From the NCBI GenBank assembly GCA_963828525.1, contig CAWHEP010000002.1, forward strand, positions 1-64,000: a stretch of 64,000 nucleotides of DNA, given 5' to 3'. A program made the position numbers and the translations under genes. The notes beneath the pieces are model-generated. The model searched no databases and was not told where the DNA came from. It saw nothing but the letters and a program-made list of their open reading frames with translations. Positions within the stretch are counted from its first letter, which is position 1; the number at the start of each line of letters is the position of its first letter. Below, piece after piece: positions 48,835-59,234 of this stretch. The DNA is from an uncultured Verrucomicrobiae bacterium (GTDB lineage Bacteria > Verrucomicrobiota > Verrucomicrobiia > Chthoniobacterales > Chthoniobacteraceae).

Positions 48835-49760
48835 GAAACCTCCCCCCGCCCTGGGACGAATCGGCCGCCCCACTCTTGTTCCGACCTGATAGGCTGCCGC
48901 AAAAGCTTCATCCACGATTTATAGATCGGCCAGGGGATCGCCTCTCTTGATTGCACCGCCTCGCGCATTCCGCCGAGACACGACATCCACCATTGCGGCT
49001 CGCGGAGCGCCCAGACCGGTCCGCGGCTGCAAGCGTACCCGAACTGCCGGATCAACCGAAAAAAGGCTACCGCAAAAATTTGCGGAAATGGGCAGCGCAT
49101 AAGGACACTCCAAAGTTCGTTCCGCGCATGGAAATGATGCGTCCTTATTTCATTGCGTTGCATCCCCGTATAATGATGCCGGACACTTAAGCTCGTCTCC
49201 AACTTGACCTGATAGCCGGCCGCAAGAACACGCAAGGCGAAGTCGGGCTCCTCATACGCATGCCGGAACCTTACAGGGTATCCTCCGACCTCCATAAACA
49301 CAGCCCGCCGAATCGCCGCGCCGGAGCTGGTGTAGCTGCCCGTGAAAAAAGGCGGGCCCCATTCGCGTTGCTCGAGAGTTTCAGGGAACTCGTCGCTGCG
49401 TTGCGGGAACGTTGCCACGCCAAGCCGGGGATTCGCGGCGAAAAGCGCCGGCAAACGCTCGAAAAAATCAGGCTCCACAGGGTAGCTGTCATCATCAAGG
49501 CTCAGCACGACATCGCACTCGCACTCGCGAAGCATCCGATCCCGGCATGGGATGGAACCCCGTGAAACTTCGTTTATAAATAGACGATAGTCGGGATGGA
49601 CTTGCCTCAAAAATGGGACGGTGTCATCCGAGCATCCGTCCGCAAAGATGAGAACCTCCGCGGGCGCCGGACGCAGAGCCTTAAGGACGCCACATGTCCG
49701 CGCCAGATCCTGCTTGCGGTTGTGAGTGGCGATGACTACGCCGCACGTCGGGGAACTCAA
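48831..49760 (-). CDS. Glycosyltransferase family 2
   Basis: VVIATHNR, ADGCSD, SLDDD, YEEPD. Confidence 0.92.
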   Translation of the reverse strand: MSSPTCGVVIATHNRKQDLARTCGVLKALRPAPAEVLIFADGCSDDTVPFLRQVHPDYRLFINEVSRGSIPCRDRMLRECECDVVLSLDDDSYPVEPDFFERLPALFAANPRLGVATFPQRSDEFPETLEQREWGPPFFTGSYTSSGAAIRRAVFMEVGGYPVRFRHAYEEPDFALRVLAAGYQVKLETSLSVRHHYTGMQRNEIRTHHFHARNELWSVLMRCPFPQIFAVAFFRLIRQFGYACSRGPVWALREPQWWMSCLGGMREAVQSREAIPWPIYKSWMKLLRQPIRSEQEWGGRFVPGRGEVS

Positions 49761-50575
49761 GGCCAGATGCCCGTGCCGTGGAGCAGGCGCTTTAGGATCC
49801 TCTGTCCGGGCGATTCCAGGAACGAAGGAAGCCTGCTCTCGTCGATTTCGTAGCGACCATCGCCTTCATCCAAAGAAAGCCCTTCGGAACGCAAAGCCTC
49901 GCGCCAGGCGGTAACATCAATGTGCGGGAAATCAGGGGTGCCCTGCTGGATGGCGCGATGCCTGGTGTCCAGCCGCAGCTGAATTTGAGCGGGAGACCTG
50001 TATTGGAAATGCTTCACGCGGATCCGTTCCGGGAAGACGAGCCCGAGGTGCCGAGGCCACGCCCCTTGCGCCCACTCGAGACGCTGGCGGTGCCGGAAGA
50101 ACCGGGTTTCAGAGGCATTGGCGGCATAGGAGCGAGGCAGGCTTGAGGCGTCCACCGCCGAAGGCTTTTCCTGGGCGCTGGAGAGCTGATCCACGTCAGA
50201 TGGAGTAAGGTAGAACTGGAGGTGAACCGCCCAGACCACATGATACGCGCGCGGCACGCGGGCCAGGAAAAGCCGGGGATCATCCGCATAGACTTCATCG
50301 CCATCGAGGCGGCACCACCAGTCTCCGTCCACAGCCCGGCTTTTGTAATGGTTGTAAACTTCAGCCCGGAGGTTGTTATCGAAAGGACGCCCGTCCTGCT
50401 TGAACGGCACGATATTGCCAACTGTAGCCGCGAGCCTTTTCACGACATCCCACGTTTCGTCCGCGCTGCCATTGTCGAACACGTAGATATTGTCACACCA
50501 GCGAGCCGCCTCCGTAAGCGTGTACTCGATGATGTCAGCCTCGTTCTTCACCAGACATATTCCGTGAAGTTTCAT
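49757..50575 (-). CDS. Glycosyltransferase family 2 (Glyco_tranf_2_4-like)
   Basis: LVKNEADII, FDNGSAD, LDGDE, HFQYRS. Confidence 0.88.
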   Translation of the reverse strand: MKLHGICLVKNEADIIEYTLTEAARWCDNIYVFDNGSADETWDVVKRLAATVGNIVPFKQDGRPFDNNLRAEVYNHYKSRAVDGDWWCRLDGDEVYADDPRLFLARVPRAYHVVWAVHLQFYLTPSDVDQLSSAQEKPSAVDASSLPRSYAANASETRFFRHRQRLEWAQGAWPRHLGLVFPERIRVKHFQYRSPAQIQLRLDTRHRAIQQGTPDFPHIDVTAWREALRSEGLSLDEGDGRYEIDESRLPSFLESPGQRILKRLLHGTGIWP

Positions 50576-50579
50576 GCGA

Positions 50580-51467
50580 TCAAAACCAGGTGCCGACCAT
50601 TTCATCCAACCAGCCTTGCTGCCGGGCGCGAACGATGTAAACGGTCGCGAAGAGGCGATGGAAAAACAGCCGCGTAGCGAGGCTGGGATTTCTCAAATTC
50701 AAGACATCTCTCGCTACAAGGCGCTGGTTACGGACGCGCATCCTTGCAAGGCGGCGTCCATTCCGCCCGGAGGATCCGCCGGCGTCCCGGTGCTGACAAA
50801 GCGCCTTTGAATGGAAGTAAAGTTTGTGAGAACGAGCGATGCGGCTGGAGAGGTGAACATCCTCCATGAAGCTGTAACCCTCGAAGTTGGGAAACATCTC
50901 GTTCAGGAAACAAGGAGTCCTGTAGAACACACAAGCCGAGTTGAGCCAATCCGCCGGGATGATTTCCCCTTCTTCGCTGTAAGTAGGAAAGCAGTTGATC
51001 GCGGGACCGAAGAGCCGCCCGCCGTAGGTGGGATGAGCAAACCCGGCCTGGAGGCGGTAATACCACCATAACAGCCCTTTTGGCGAAGGATGACTTACAC
51101 CTTCAATGCGCGCCGAGACGCCGCCGACCTTTCCAGACTCATCCTCCTCGAAAACCTTGCAGATCCTTTCGCAGGCGTCTGGATAGAGGGTAATGTCGTC
51201 ATCCATGAACGCTGTCAGAGGAGAAGTTACCCTGAGCGCGCCGTAATTTCGCTGCATCGCCGCGCTCGGTTCAACGCCGCGCTCATATTGGAGCGGCAGC
51301 CTGTCGGTGTATCCAAGCACGGCGTCGCGAGTGCTGGAGTCCGTGGATGTATCCACGACGATTACCCGTTCCGGCAGGCGGGTTCCAGACGCGATGCCAT
51401 CCAGCGTCTCGAGCAGATGGGCTGGACGTCCGCGGGTGGCAATGACGAAGCTGAAGCCAAGGCTCAT
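50580..51467 (-). CDS. Glycosyltransferase family 2
   Basis: FVIATRGRP, VVDTS, FMDDD, MEDV. Confidence 0.9.
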   Translation of the reverse strand: MSLGFSFVIATRGRPAHLLETLDGIASGTRLPERVIVVDTSTDSSTRDAVLGYTDRLPLQYERGVEPSAAMQRNYGALRVTSPLTAFMDDDITLYPDACERICKVFEEDESGKVGGVSARIEGVSHPSPKGLLWWYYRLQAGFAHPTYGGRLFGPAINCFPTYSEEGEIIPADWLNSACVFYRTPCFLNEMFPNFEGYSFMEDVHLSSRIARSHKLYFHSKALCQHRDAGGSSGRNGRRLARMRVRNQRLVARDVLNLRNPSLATRLFFHRLFATVYIVRARQQGWLDEMVGTWF

Positions 51468-52384
51468 CTTTTAAGTGAGCGCGCGAGCTTCTCCGCGCCG
51501 CCAAATCCAAGCGCCCAATAGGCGAGTCGATAGGTGATCGGAGCGGCAGGCCCTTCCAGTTGAATGAGGTTCTGACGCTTCCTGCCCTCGTGATAGGCGC
51601 GAGCCTCTGAAAGGTCGTATTTCGCCCAGGTGCGCGCCATCTCAAAACAGGCGCGAGCGGCAGTGGCGTTGTGCTCGTCCTTCCAAAGCTTCCTCTCCTT
51701 CATCCATTCGCGGAGTTTGTCGATGAGATCGGTGCGAACCCGGATCACTCGTCGCGGATCACGCCTGCAGAGCGTGTTCTCAGACCAGATGCGATAAACG
51801 GCGTTGGCAGTCGGGGCCCGGTGAAAGCGGACTCCGGCCATGAGGGCGCGCATATAAAGCTCGTGCTCCTGGCAGCAGGGCATCGATTCGTTCCATCCGC
51901 CGATGGACTCGATAACCCCTCTGCGCCAAAGGCAGCCGCCCGTCTGAGGCAGGAGCCATGAAATCCACTGAGAAAAGATATCAAGCTGCTCATCAAACCT
52001 GTCGGTCTCGCGCCGCGATCCCTGTTCGTTAATGACGGGACTGTGGATCACATCGCACTGGCCGTTCCCCGGGTTTTCCTCGAATTGCCGGGCAAGTTTC
52101 TCCGGAAGGAGGTAATCGTCGGCATCCAAGAACTGAATCCAATCGCCCGATGCCCTGCGGAGGATCTCATTGCGGGCGAAATTAGCGCCACGGTGAGCTG
52201 TCCGAAACAGTTTCACAGATTCTCCAAAGCTCTCCACGACCTGCCGGGAATTATCGGACGACCCGTCGTCGATGACGAGGACCTCGCGGTTCGGCCATGT
52301 TTGGGCGAGCGCGCTTCCCACCGCCTGCCCGATCCATTGCTCACTATCGAAGCACGGAATGCCTATTGTAACTAGCGGCGTCAT
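51464..52384 (-). CDS. Glycosyltransferase family 2
   Basis: IGIPCFD, IDDGSSD, ARNE, FLDADD. Confidence 0.92.
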   Translation of the reverse strand: MTPLVTIGIPCFDSEQWIGQAVGSALAQTWPNREVLVIDDGSSDNSRQVVESFGESVKLFRTAHRGANFARNEILRRASGDWIQFLDADDYLLPEKLARQFEENPGNGQCDVIHSPVINEQGSRRETDRFDEQLDIFSQWISWLLPQTGGCLWRRGVIESIGGWNESMPCCQEHELYMRALMAGVRFHRAPTANAVYRIWSENTLCRRDPRRVIRVRTDLIDKLREWMKERKLWKDEHNATAARACFEMARTWAKYDLSEARAYHEGRKRQNLIQLEGPAAPITYRLAYWALGFGGAEKLARSLKR

Positions 52385-52386
52385 GT

Positions 52387-53856
52387 TCACTGGAACGTGT
52401 TCCAACGCAATTTGCGTGCTCGCCACTGTGCCAAAAATTCGGCCCGGAGAGCCTCGCTGTCAGAGACAGGGAGGACGAAAAATAATTCGTTGGGCCTCAC
52501 CGCGCGTCGAAAATAGCTGGTGGGATGACGGGACATGCCGTTTAGCTTCCAGTAGATCTCCGCCACAAATGACCGAAAGATCTCGGGCCACGAATGATCC
52601 CGCAGCCTCGGCAGCGCTCGCAGATCGTGCATCGCCTCGAGCGCGATCAGCTTAAGTTGGCGATCCTGTTCTCCCAGCGCCACTGAGAGAATGCCTTTAA
52701 ACGGAAGCGGCCCTTCCGAGCGCGGTGGCAAAGTCGCCAGCGAGTCATTGCCGCCGAAAGGGTAGAGACTTGTCCCGGGCGGATGCACCGTGTGCAGCAG
52801 AAGAACGCCTTCGGTCAATCCGCACTCCTTGATGGCTTCGCAAACCGCCACTACCGAGAAGGCATGATCTGGGTGATCATCGAGAAGCGGGTGCGGCATG
52901 ACGATAACCTGGGGCTGCGCCTGTTTGATAATCGTCACGAGATCGAGAACCAGCGCCCGCCATGGAAGCTTGCGGCTCATCGCCGTGAACGCTGGAAGGG
53001 CGCTTGAGGCATTGCAGCTTCGGCAGGCCTCGACCACGCCGGGATGCAGCGCCCGCTCCGGCTCGTTGAACATAGTCTCGAGACCACCATCCGGATAACC
53101 CAGGTTCACTGCCCGCTCGGGAGGAACGCCCCCCAGAAAGGGCACGGTGATGCTATCCCAGGCGCGCAGCTTCCCGATCAACTCGGGATCAGCCTCGTAA
53201 TTTTGGAGAAACCCCCCACCCTTCTCGCCCGCCAGCAGGGTCACAATGAATGAAAGCGCCTTGCGATAAAAACCGAATGCCGCAATCTCAGCGTCATCGG
53301 GATGCGGCGCGATCACGAGTGTTCGTGGCTGGGCCGGAAGCTTGTTGTCAAAGGTGATAAGGCGTCCCGCGCGTTTCCATGTGACATGCCGACCTTCCAC
53401 CTCCACCCTCGTTCCCGGAACGGGATTCATCTCTCGCAGTCCCGAAATATCAAGGTAGCGAAGGCCCTCTGCTCCTCGTTCGAAAGAAGACTTCAGGCAG
53501 CAGCCCTTCGTAGTGACCTTGATGGCAGGATCGAAGTGGCGACCGAGGAACGACGTCCGCACTGACAGTTGCAGGATGGCCGTGTCCCACTGGCCAACGC
53601 CTTCCGGCCAGGTGAAATCCGCCGCGAAGACTTCTACTTCATGGATCGCGCCACCCTGGTTACCGAAGTCATATTCATAGCCAAGCGCGCGGTTGTAGCA
53701 AAAATATCCGCCGTATCGCCTCACCCGAAGGCGGAGCAGAGCGGCTATCAGCGCAGCGATGATAAGCAGGACGGCAACCAGCGAGGTGATCAAGGCAACA
53801 TACCTTCCAATGCCAAGCGATAAACCTCCGCTGTCGCCCGGGACACCCTGTCCCAT
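52387..53856 (-). CDS. Membrane-anchored PIG-L/LmbE family deacetylase
   Basis: N-terminal TM, VIAPHPDDAEI, LGYPDG, DDHPDH; start uncertain. Confidence 0.85.
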   Translation of the reverse strand: MGQGVPGDSGGLSLGIGRYVALITSLVAVLLIIAALIAALLRLRVRRYGGYFCYNRALGYEYDFGNQGGAIHEVEVFAADFTWPEGVGQWDTAILQLSVRTSFLGRHFDPAIKVTTKGCCLKSSFERGAEGLRYLDISGLREMNPVPGTRVEVEGRHVTWKRAGRLITFDNKLPAQPRTLVIAPHPDDAEIAAFGFYRKALSFIVTLLAGEKGGGFLQNYEADPELIGKLRAWDSITVPFLGGVPPERAVNLGYPDGGLETMFNEPERALHPGVVEACRSCNASSALPAFTAMSRKLPWRALVLDLVTIIKQAQPQVIVMPHPLLDDHPDHAFSVVAVCEAIKECGLTEGVLLLHTVHPPGTSLYPFGGNDSLATLPPRSEGPLPFKGILSVALGEQDRQLKLIALEAMHDLRALPRLRDHSWPEIFRSFVAEIYWKLNGMSRHPTSYFRRAVRPNELFFVLPVSDSEALRAEFLAQWRARKLRWNTFQ

Positions 53857-54830
53857 GATGTTTCATCACGCCAATCGGCGGCGGCTTCGAACCCTCCCGG
53901 AGTCTCCAAAGCGCGTTTGAGTTGATCCCGAAAATCACCCGCAAAATCGCCGAACCGATAAACAAGCGGACTGGGTTCCATAAGATCCACAGTATGCAAG
54001 CGGGACGGAATCAAGATTGGCAAACCCCAGGAACGCGCGAGACATGCCGCTCCAGATGTGAGGATTGCCCGGTAGTTGAAAACGGCGCAATCAGCCGCGC
54101 TGAGCCAGAGAGCCAACTCGTCGTCTTCGAGGCGCTTGAATCGTGTCATGATGGAGGAATGAGTTCCAAAGGAACCCGCATATTCGTCCGAAACCGGCTT
54201 GCCAACGATCGCGAGAGTCGCGTCAGGGTTTTCGCGCTGCCAGAAGGAAACAACTTCCTCAATGCCCTTGTAGGGCGAAACAGTTCCAAACAGCAGGCAG
54301 ATCCTGCCGGTGCCGAGGCCCAATCTTTCCCGCGCCACATCCTTGGGAACAGGGATACCCAGGCTGGCGGAAAGATCCCCGTGAGGTATGACGTGGCAAC
54401 GTTCACGAGGAAGGGAAAATACCTGCCCCAGCTTCTCCTTCGCGGCTTCGGAATGCGCGATGACAGCGCACGCCCGACGCAGGGCAAACCGGACGTTGCC
54501 AAAAACGAGCCGGTCGGCGCGGGTGTGATGCGGCAACAAATTGTGAGCCGTAACCACGAGCGGGCGGTTCCTGGTGGCAAGGCCAAGATCCAGCGGGAAA
54601 CGCAGGCGGCGGAACCACGCGAAACTTCTACGCGCCCTGAAATAGTAAGCTTCGGGCCAGTGCAGGTGCAAGAGATCGCAGGGATGCGACGGCATCGCTC
54701 GCGAGAGCGGAAGTCCCCGGTGATAATCCGATAGGAAGCCAACCTCAACGCCCTCCTTTGCGAGAGACGCCGCCAGCAATGCCTGGTATTGCACACCGGC
54801 CCGCCAGTCTGGAGCGAATAGAACCCTCAT
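53790..54830 (-). CDS. Glycosyltransferase family 4
   Basis: LHLHWP, TAHNLLPH, VIPHG, FGTVSPYKG. Confidence 0.9.
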   Translation of the reverse strand: MRVLFAPDWRAGVQYQALLAASLAKEGVEVGFLSDYHRGLPLSRAMPSHPCDLLHLHWPEAYYFRARRSFAWFRRLRFPLDLGLATRNRPLVVTAHNLLPHHTRADRLVFGNVRFALRRACAVIAHSEAAKEKLGQVFSLPRERCHVIPHGDLSASLGIPVPKDVARERLGLGTGRICLLFGTVSPYKGIEEVVSFWQRENPDATLAIVGKPVSDEYAGSFGTHSSIMTRFKRLEDDELALWLSAADCAVFNYRAILTSGAACLARSWGLPILIPSRLHTVDLMEPSPLVYRFGDFAGDFRDQLKRALETPGGFEAAADWRDETSWDRVSRATAEVYRLALEGMLP

Positions 54831-55023
54831 TGATGCGTCAAATACGACACGGCGCCGCCGGATGGGAAAGCCAAATTCACCACAAGCAGGATTTAAGCGC
54901 TGCGCCAGAAGGACGAATTCGTCAGCGTGTCGAATTTGACAACGTTGTTACACAACCGTTGACCCAGCGAGATACACGGGAAGAGTTTGTTCTTTACAAA
55001 GAAAGGAGCGCGACCGAAAATCA

Positions 55024-55039
55024 GGGCACCATTCCTGCT
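55024..55039 (+). promoter_or_regulatory. Possible sigma54 promoter of WecA-like gene
   Basis: gGGCACCATTCCTGCt = GG-N10-GC; palindromic TGTCGAATTTGACA about 85-95 bp upstream. Confidence 0.5.
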
Positions 55040-55104
55040 TTCATGGATTTTATGGAAAATGATAGTAATGTGAGCGGTTATTCGATTCTATTGAGGATTG
55101 AATC

Positions 55105-56586
55105 GTGATAAAATCCATCCTTCTCTGCATTCTGGGGTTCTTAATCTCATTTGGCATCACGCCGAGCGTGATTCGATTTTGCAAAAGGGGCTTCGGTCTT
55201 GACGAGGCAAACGAGTCAAGGAAGCGCCATATAGCCCCGATTCCGCGGCTCGGCGGAGTGCCGGTGATGGCCGCGCTGATCTCGGGGCTCGCGCTGATCT
55301 TCGTGATGCGCCCAGAGCGGTCGCATGAGTGGCTCCCCATCCTCGTTGGCGCTGTTCTCATTTTTGCGCTTGGCCTCTGGGACGACTTAAAATCTCTGCC
55401 AGCGAGGGCGAAGTTCGCCGGACAAATTCTGATAGCGACCCTGGTCTATCTGATGGGCCTGAGAATTGACCGAGTTTCTTACAGCAACGCGTTCATGCAT
55501 GTTGAGCTGGGACATGCCGCCGGTTACGCGATAACGGTCTTCTGGCTTATTGCGATCCCGAACATCATTAACCTGATTGATGGATTTGACGGGCTCGCTG
55601 GAGGACTGGGAATGTTCATGGCGGCGACCCTTGGAATCGTGGCAATTTTTTCGCAGCAACTTCCGGAAGCCTGGTTTGCTTTCACGATGGCAGGCGGGTT
55701 GCTTGGCTTCCTGGCTTTCAACTTCCCGCCGGCGAAGATTTTCCTGGGAGACGGAGGAGCCTACCTGATAGGCTTCAGCATAGCCGCGCTTTCGCTGAAG
55801 ACGTCGAATAAAGGGGCAGTCGCCTCGGTGCTGCTTGTAACCATCGTCGCCCTCGGGGTCCCGATCCTCGATACATCGTTCGCGCTGGCCCGCCGCGCTT
55901 TCCGCGGATTCCCCATTTTCCACAGTGATGACGAGCACATCCACCACCGGCTCCAGGATCTAGGGTTTTCGCAACGGCGCATCCTATTCGCGATCTATGG
56001 CGTGTGCGTGATCCTAAGCCTTGTTGGACTAAGCATCTTTTGGAGCCAGGGGCGGACGATACCGATCGCGATCGGCGTGATTTTTCTGCTGGCGGTCTTT
56101 GCCGCGCGGTACCTCGACTACATCCGCAGTTGGACGGATGTGAGAACACAGTTTGAACGGGTGATCTCGCGCCGGCACACTGTGCGATACGCCCTATTAC
56201 AGGCGCAGTTGCTGGACATGGAGATTGACCGGTGCGGCGGCTCGGACGAATTTTGGCCGATTTTCCAGCAAACGCTGTCGCGAATTGGCCTGGTGGAGGC
56301 GGAAGATGACCGCGAACGAGAGGGGTATCTCCCGATCCACATAAAGCATAATGGAAGCGCGCCATGGGTGCTGTTAGCTCCGTCCCGGATTGGAACGGAG
56401 ATCGAGTGGAAGCGGATCGCGGAATGTTTCCGACCGGTTTACGTAAAAGCGAACTTCAAGTGGCGCTCGTCCGATACCAAGCGGGAAGCATCCGTGGTGT
56501 TCGAACCGCTCAAGTCAAGGCCAATGCCAGTGCATAACAGCGCGGTCGTCTTCACACCGAATGTTGAAGCGGCTACCGGGGCTTGA
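55105..56586 (+). CDS. WecA/TagO (MraY family) phosphoglycosyltransferase with C-terminal extension
   Basis: PRLGG, GLWDD, NLIDGFDGLAGG, FNFPPAKIFLGDGG, DDEHIHHRL. Confidence 0.93.
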   Translation: MIKSILLCILGFLISFGITPSVIRFCKRGFGLDEANESRKRHIAPIPRLGGVPVMAALISGLALIFVMRPERSHEWLPILVGAVLIFALGLWDDLKSLPARAKFAGQILIATLVYLMGLRIDRVSYSNAFMHVELGHAAGYAITVFWLIAIPNIINLIDGFDGLAGGLGMFMAATLGIVAIFSQQLPEAWFAFTMAGGLLGFLAFNFPPAKIFLGDGGAYLIGFSIAALSLKTSNKGAVASVLLVTIVALGVPILDTSFALARRAFRGFPIFHSDDEHIHHRLQDLGFSQRRILFAIYGVCVILSLVGLSIFWSQGRTIPIAIGVIFLLAVFAARYLDYIRSWTDVRTQFERVISRRHTVRYALLQAQLLDMEIDRCGGSDEFWPIFQQTLSRIGLVEAEDDREREGYLPIHIKHNGSAPWVLLAPSRIGTEIEWKRIAECFRPVYVKANFKWRSSDTKREASVVFEPLKSRPMPVHNSAVVFTPNVEAATGA

Positions 56587-57484
56587 GCAGGAGCGGACGC
56601 AGACGAGCAAGACCCTCGGAGTAGAACAGGTTTCTCACCGCGCCCACGTAGTGGCGAGCGACGGCCCCAGGAGCGGCGCGACGGCTGATCGAAACCTCAT
56701 ACGCAGGAGGCAGCATTCCTCCCCGTCCCCATTTAGAGGCGCAAACGGCAAAAAGGGTTTGCTCGATTCGCCAGAAATGCCCGCGAGGGAGGGTGGTATT
56801 GCTGAGGGCTGCCTCACACAGTGGAAGGCTGACAGCGTCCCGCGTCAGCAGGCAGAGGCCGCTGTTCACGCTGGGCCAAAGGTTGATCCCCAGTTTATCC
56901 AGCGCCTCTTGAGTGGTGATGAGGGTGGCATCTTCAACATCCTGGTTGAACCAGCACTCTTCAGAGTCCGTGGAGACCCAGTTCAAAATCGCATCCGGCT
57001 TGGAAAAAAACAGTATATCACTATCAAGGATGATAAATCGTCTCCCTGGCGCAAAGAGCGGGACATCGAATATTTTAAGGGCAAGGGGATGACGCGACCT
57101 GTAGTCCTGGCAGGCGGGGAACGCGCTCAACCAAGAGGGCACAGTCGAGTCCGCCTCCGGGCGCCGGATGATCCTGCCAGAAGGAAACTGCGCCTCGAAC
57201 CACTCGCGGGCGTCGGCGGGGAGAGTGCCGTCGTCGTGGATGAAAACAGCCCAGTTCCTGCCTGTAGCCCTGAACCAGCTTGCCAGCATCCAAGCGGCGA
57301 GAAGCCAATCGTTTTTACCCGTGAGGAGATGAATAGACACCGGCTGAGCAGCCTGAGTAGCGTTCGGATTGCGCCAATGCCGAATAAGTCCAAGAGTCCG
57401 GTAATGATGAAAGGTGGCGGCCCATCCGCGGCGAATGTCGCGTCGCAGAAGCCACCAAAGCCGGCCTGGTCGTGGAAAAATCAT
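56573..57484 (-). CDS. Putative GT-A fold glycosyltransferase
   Basis: IHDDGTL, ILDSDILFF, VNSGL, EQTL, RHYVG. Confidence 0.75.
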   Translation of the reverse strand: MIFPRPGRLWWLLRRDIRRGWAATFHHYRTLGLIRHWRNPNATQAAQPVSIHLLTGKNDWLLAAWMLASWFRATGRNWAVFIHDDGTLPADAREWFEAQFPSGRIIRRPEADSTVPSWLSAFPACQDYRSRHPLALKIFDVPLFAPGRRFIILDSDILFFSKPDAILNWVSTDSEECWFNQDVEDATLITTQEALDKLGINLWPSVNSGLCLLTRDAVSLPLCEAALSNTTLPRGHFWRIEQTLFAVCASKWGRGGMLPPAYEVSISRRAAPGAVARHYVGAVRNLFYSEGLARLRPLLLKPR

Positions 57485-57572
57485 CTATTGATGGCGCTGA
57501 GCGCCTGAATTATATGGCAAACTGAGCAAGCCTCGGCGAGCCTGTAATCCGCAAAATGCTTCATTTCTACCG

Positions 57573-58118
57573 ATGCTGGATCTGAGCCGATTTTCCGCTC
57601 ACGGGTTTGACCGAGGCACCTCGAAGTCAAAGGAATTGGCCTGGTATGTGATCAGGCGCTTTTTCTTTCAAACGGCGTGGCCCATGCCATCCATTTGGCG
57701 CGTCCGGTTGCTCCGGCTATTCGGGGCGAGGGTGGGCGCGGGAGTCGTGATCCGGGCCGGCATAAACATCACCTTCCCGTGGAGGCTGACGGTGGGAGAT
57801 TATGTCTGGCTGGGCGAGGAGGTGATGATATTGAGCCTGGCCCCGGTGACTATTGAGTCGAATTCCTGCATTTCGCAGCGAGCTTTCCTCTGCACCGGCT
57901 CCCACAATTTTCGAGTACCGACCTTTGACCTCCAAACGGCGCCAATCACCATTCGCGCTGGAACGTGGATCGCGGCGGAGGCGTTTATCGGGCCGGGGGT
58001 GGAGATCGGCGCCAGCAGCGTGATCAGCGCCGGAACCGTGATCATGAAAGATGTGGCTCCCTATTCCCTGATGCGAGGCAATCCGGGCGAACTGGTTCGT
58101 TCGCTCGAAGCGCCTTGA
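57573..58118 (+). CDS. wcaF: WcaF-like polysaccharide acetyltransferase
   Basis: LLRLFGARVG, FPWRL.VGD, SQRAFLCTGSH, hexapeptide repeats. Confidence 0.88.
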   Translation: MLDLSRFSAHGFDRGTSKSKELAWYVIRRFFFQTAWPMPSIWRVRLLRLFGARVGAGVVIRAGINITFPWRLTVGDYVWLGEEVMILSLAPVTIESNSCISQRAFLCTGSHNFRVPTFDLQTAPITIRAGTWIAAEAFIGPGVEIGASSVISAGTVIMKDVAPYSLMRGNPGELVRSLEAP

Positions 58119-58121
58119 GCC

Positions 58122-59234
58122 GTGCGAATCCTGTTTCTAAATCAATACTTCCCTCCAGACCCCGCGCCGACAGGAATCCTCCTCGGGGAACTCGCGGATC
58201 GATTGGTGGCTGCCGGCCACTCTGTAGAGTTCATTTGCGCGCGACAGGAATACCGGCCCTCAGGAAAAAAGCAGAAGCATCGAATCCTGCGCGAAGCCGG
58301 AGCTCTTCTGCGCATCCTGGCAAAGGGGATACTTGCCAGAAAGCCGGACGTCGTTCTTTCGGCCAGTTCGCCGCCATGCCTGCTCCTGGCGGCCACAATG
58401 ATCGCCAATGCGCGCGGGGCGAAATCCGTTCACTGGCTCATGGACATGTACCCGGAGCTTGCGGTGGCGCTCGGCGAGCTGCGTCCCGGATTCGTGCCAA
58501 AGATGATCGAAAAGGGGATGCGGTGGGGGTATAAAAAAGCTGACCTTGTGGTGGGTCTCGACTCCGACATGAGCGAGCACCTGAACAGAGTGTACGGCGT
58601 AAACGCCGAGGTCATTCGCCCGTGGATCAACGAGCGCGCCCTCGCAAGCGCGAGCGCCGCAGACGCACAACCTGACGACGCATGGACCTGGATTTACTCG
58701 GGCAATCTCGGACGCGCGCATGAATGGGAAACTATTCTCCGCGCCCAGGCGCTACTGGAGGCGCGGGGGCTTCCGATCCGCCTTCTATTCCAGGGAGGAG
58801 GCCCGTCCAGAGAACCAGCCCAGGCGCTGGCCATGCAACTTCATTTGAAGAAGTGCGAATGGAAGGAGTATGTGGACGAATCTGAGTTGCCCCGGTCCCT
58901 GCTGCGTTGCCGGGTACTTATCGCGACACAGAAGCCAGATACTCGCGGCCTGCTGTGGCCGAGCAAGCTGGCGCTTGCGATGCACCTGCCCCGGCCAATC
59001 CTTTGGATCGGAACGGCGGATGGAGCAGTAGCCGCCCTATTAAAGCAATCGGGCCGAGCCGGCGTTTTCGGGTGCGGCGAGAACGAAGCTGTCGCCGAGT
59101 GGATAGCCGGCCAATTTCACGGAGACGCTGCCTCCGGGCAAGCGGTAGATGGCAGAGCCGAGCGAGCAAACTCGCTCGCGAAGTGGGAGGAACTTCTCTA
59201 CTCGCGGGGGATCTTGGTCACTACGCGGCGATAA
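58122..59234 (+). CDS. Glycosyltransferase family 4 (WcaI-like)
   Basis: LFLNQYFPPDPAPTG, MDMYPE, YSGNLGRAH, WPSKL. Confidence 0.9.
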   Translation: MRILFLNQYFPPDPAPTGILLGELADRLVAAGHSVEFICARQEYRPSGKKQKHRILREAGALLRILAKGILARKPDVVLSASSPPCLLLAATMIANARGAKSVHWLMDMYPELAVALGELRPGFVPKMIEKGMRWGYKKADLVVGLDSDMSEHLNRVYGVNAEVIRPWINERALASASAADAQPDDAWTWIYSGNLGRAHEWETILRAQALLEARGLPIRLLFQGGGPSREPAQALAMQLHLKKCEWKEYVDESELPRSLLRCRVLIATQKPDTRGLLWPSKLALAMHLPRPILWIGTADGAVAALLKQSGRAGVFGCGENEAVAEWIAGQFHGDAASGQAVDGRAERANSLAKWEELLYSRGILVTTRR

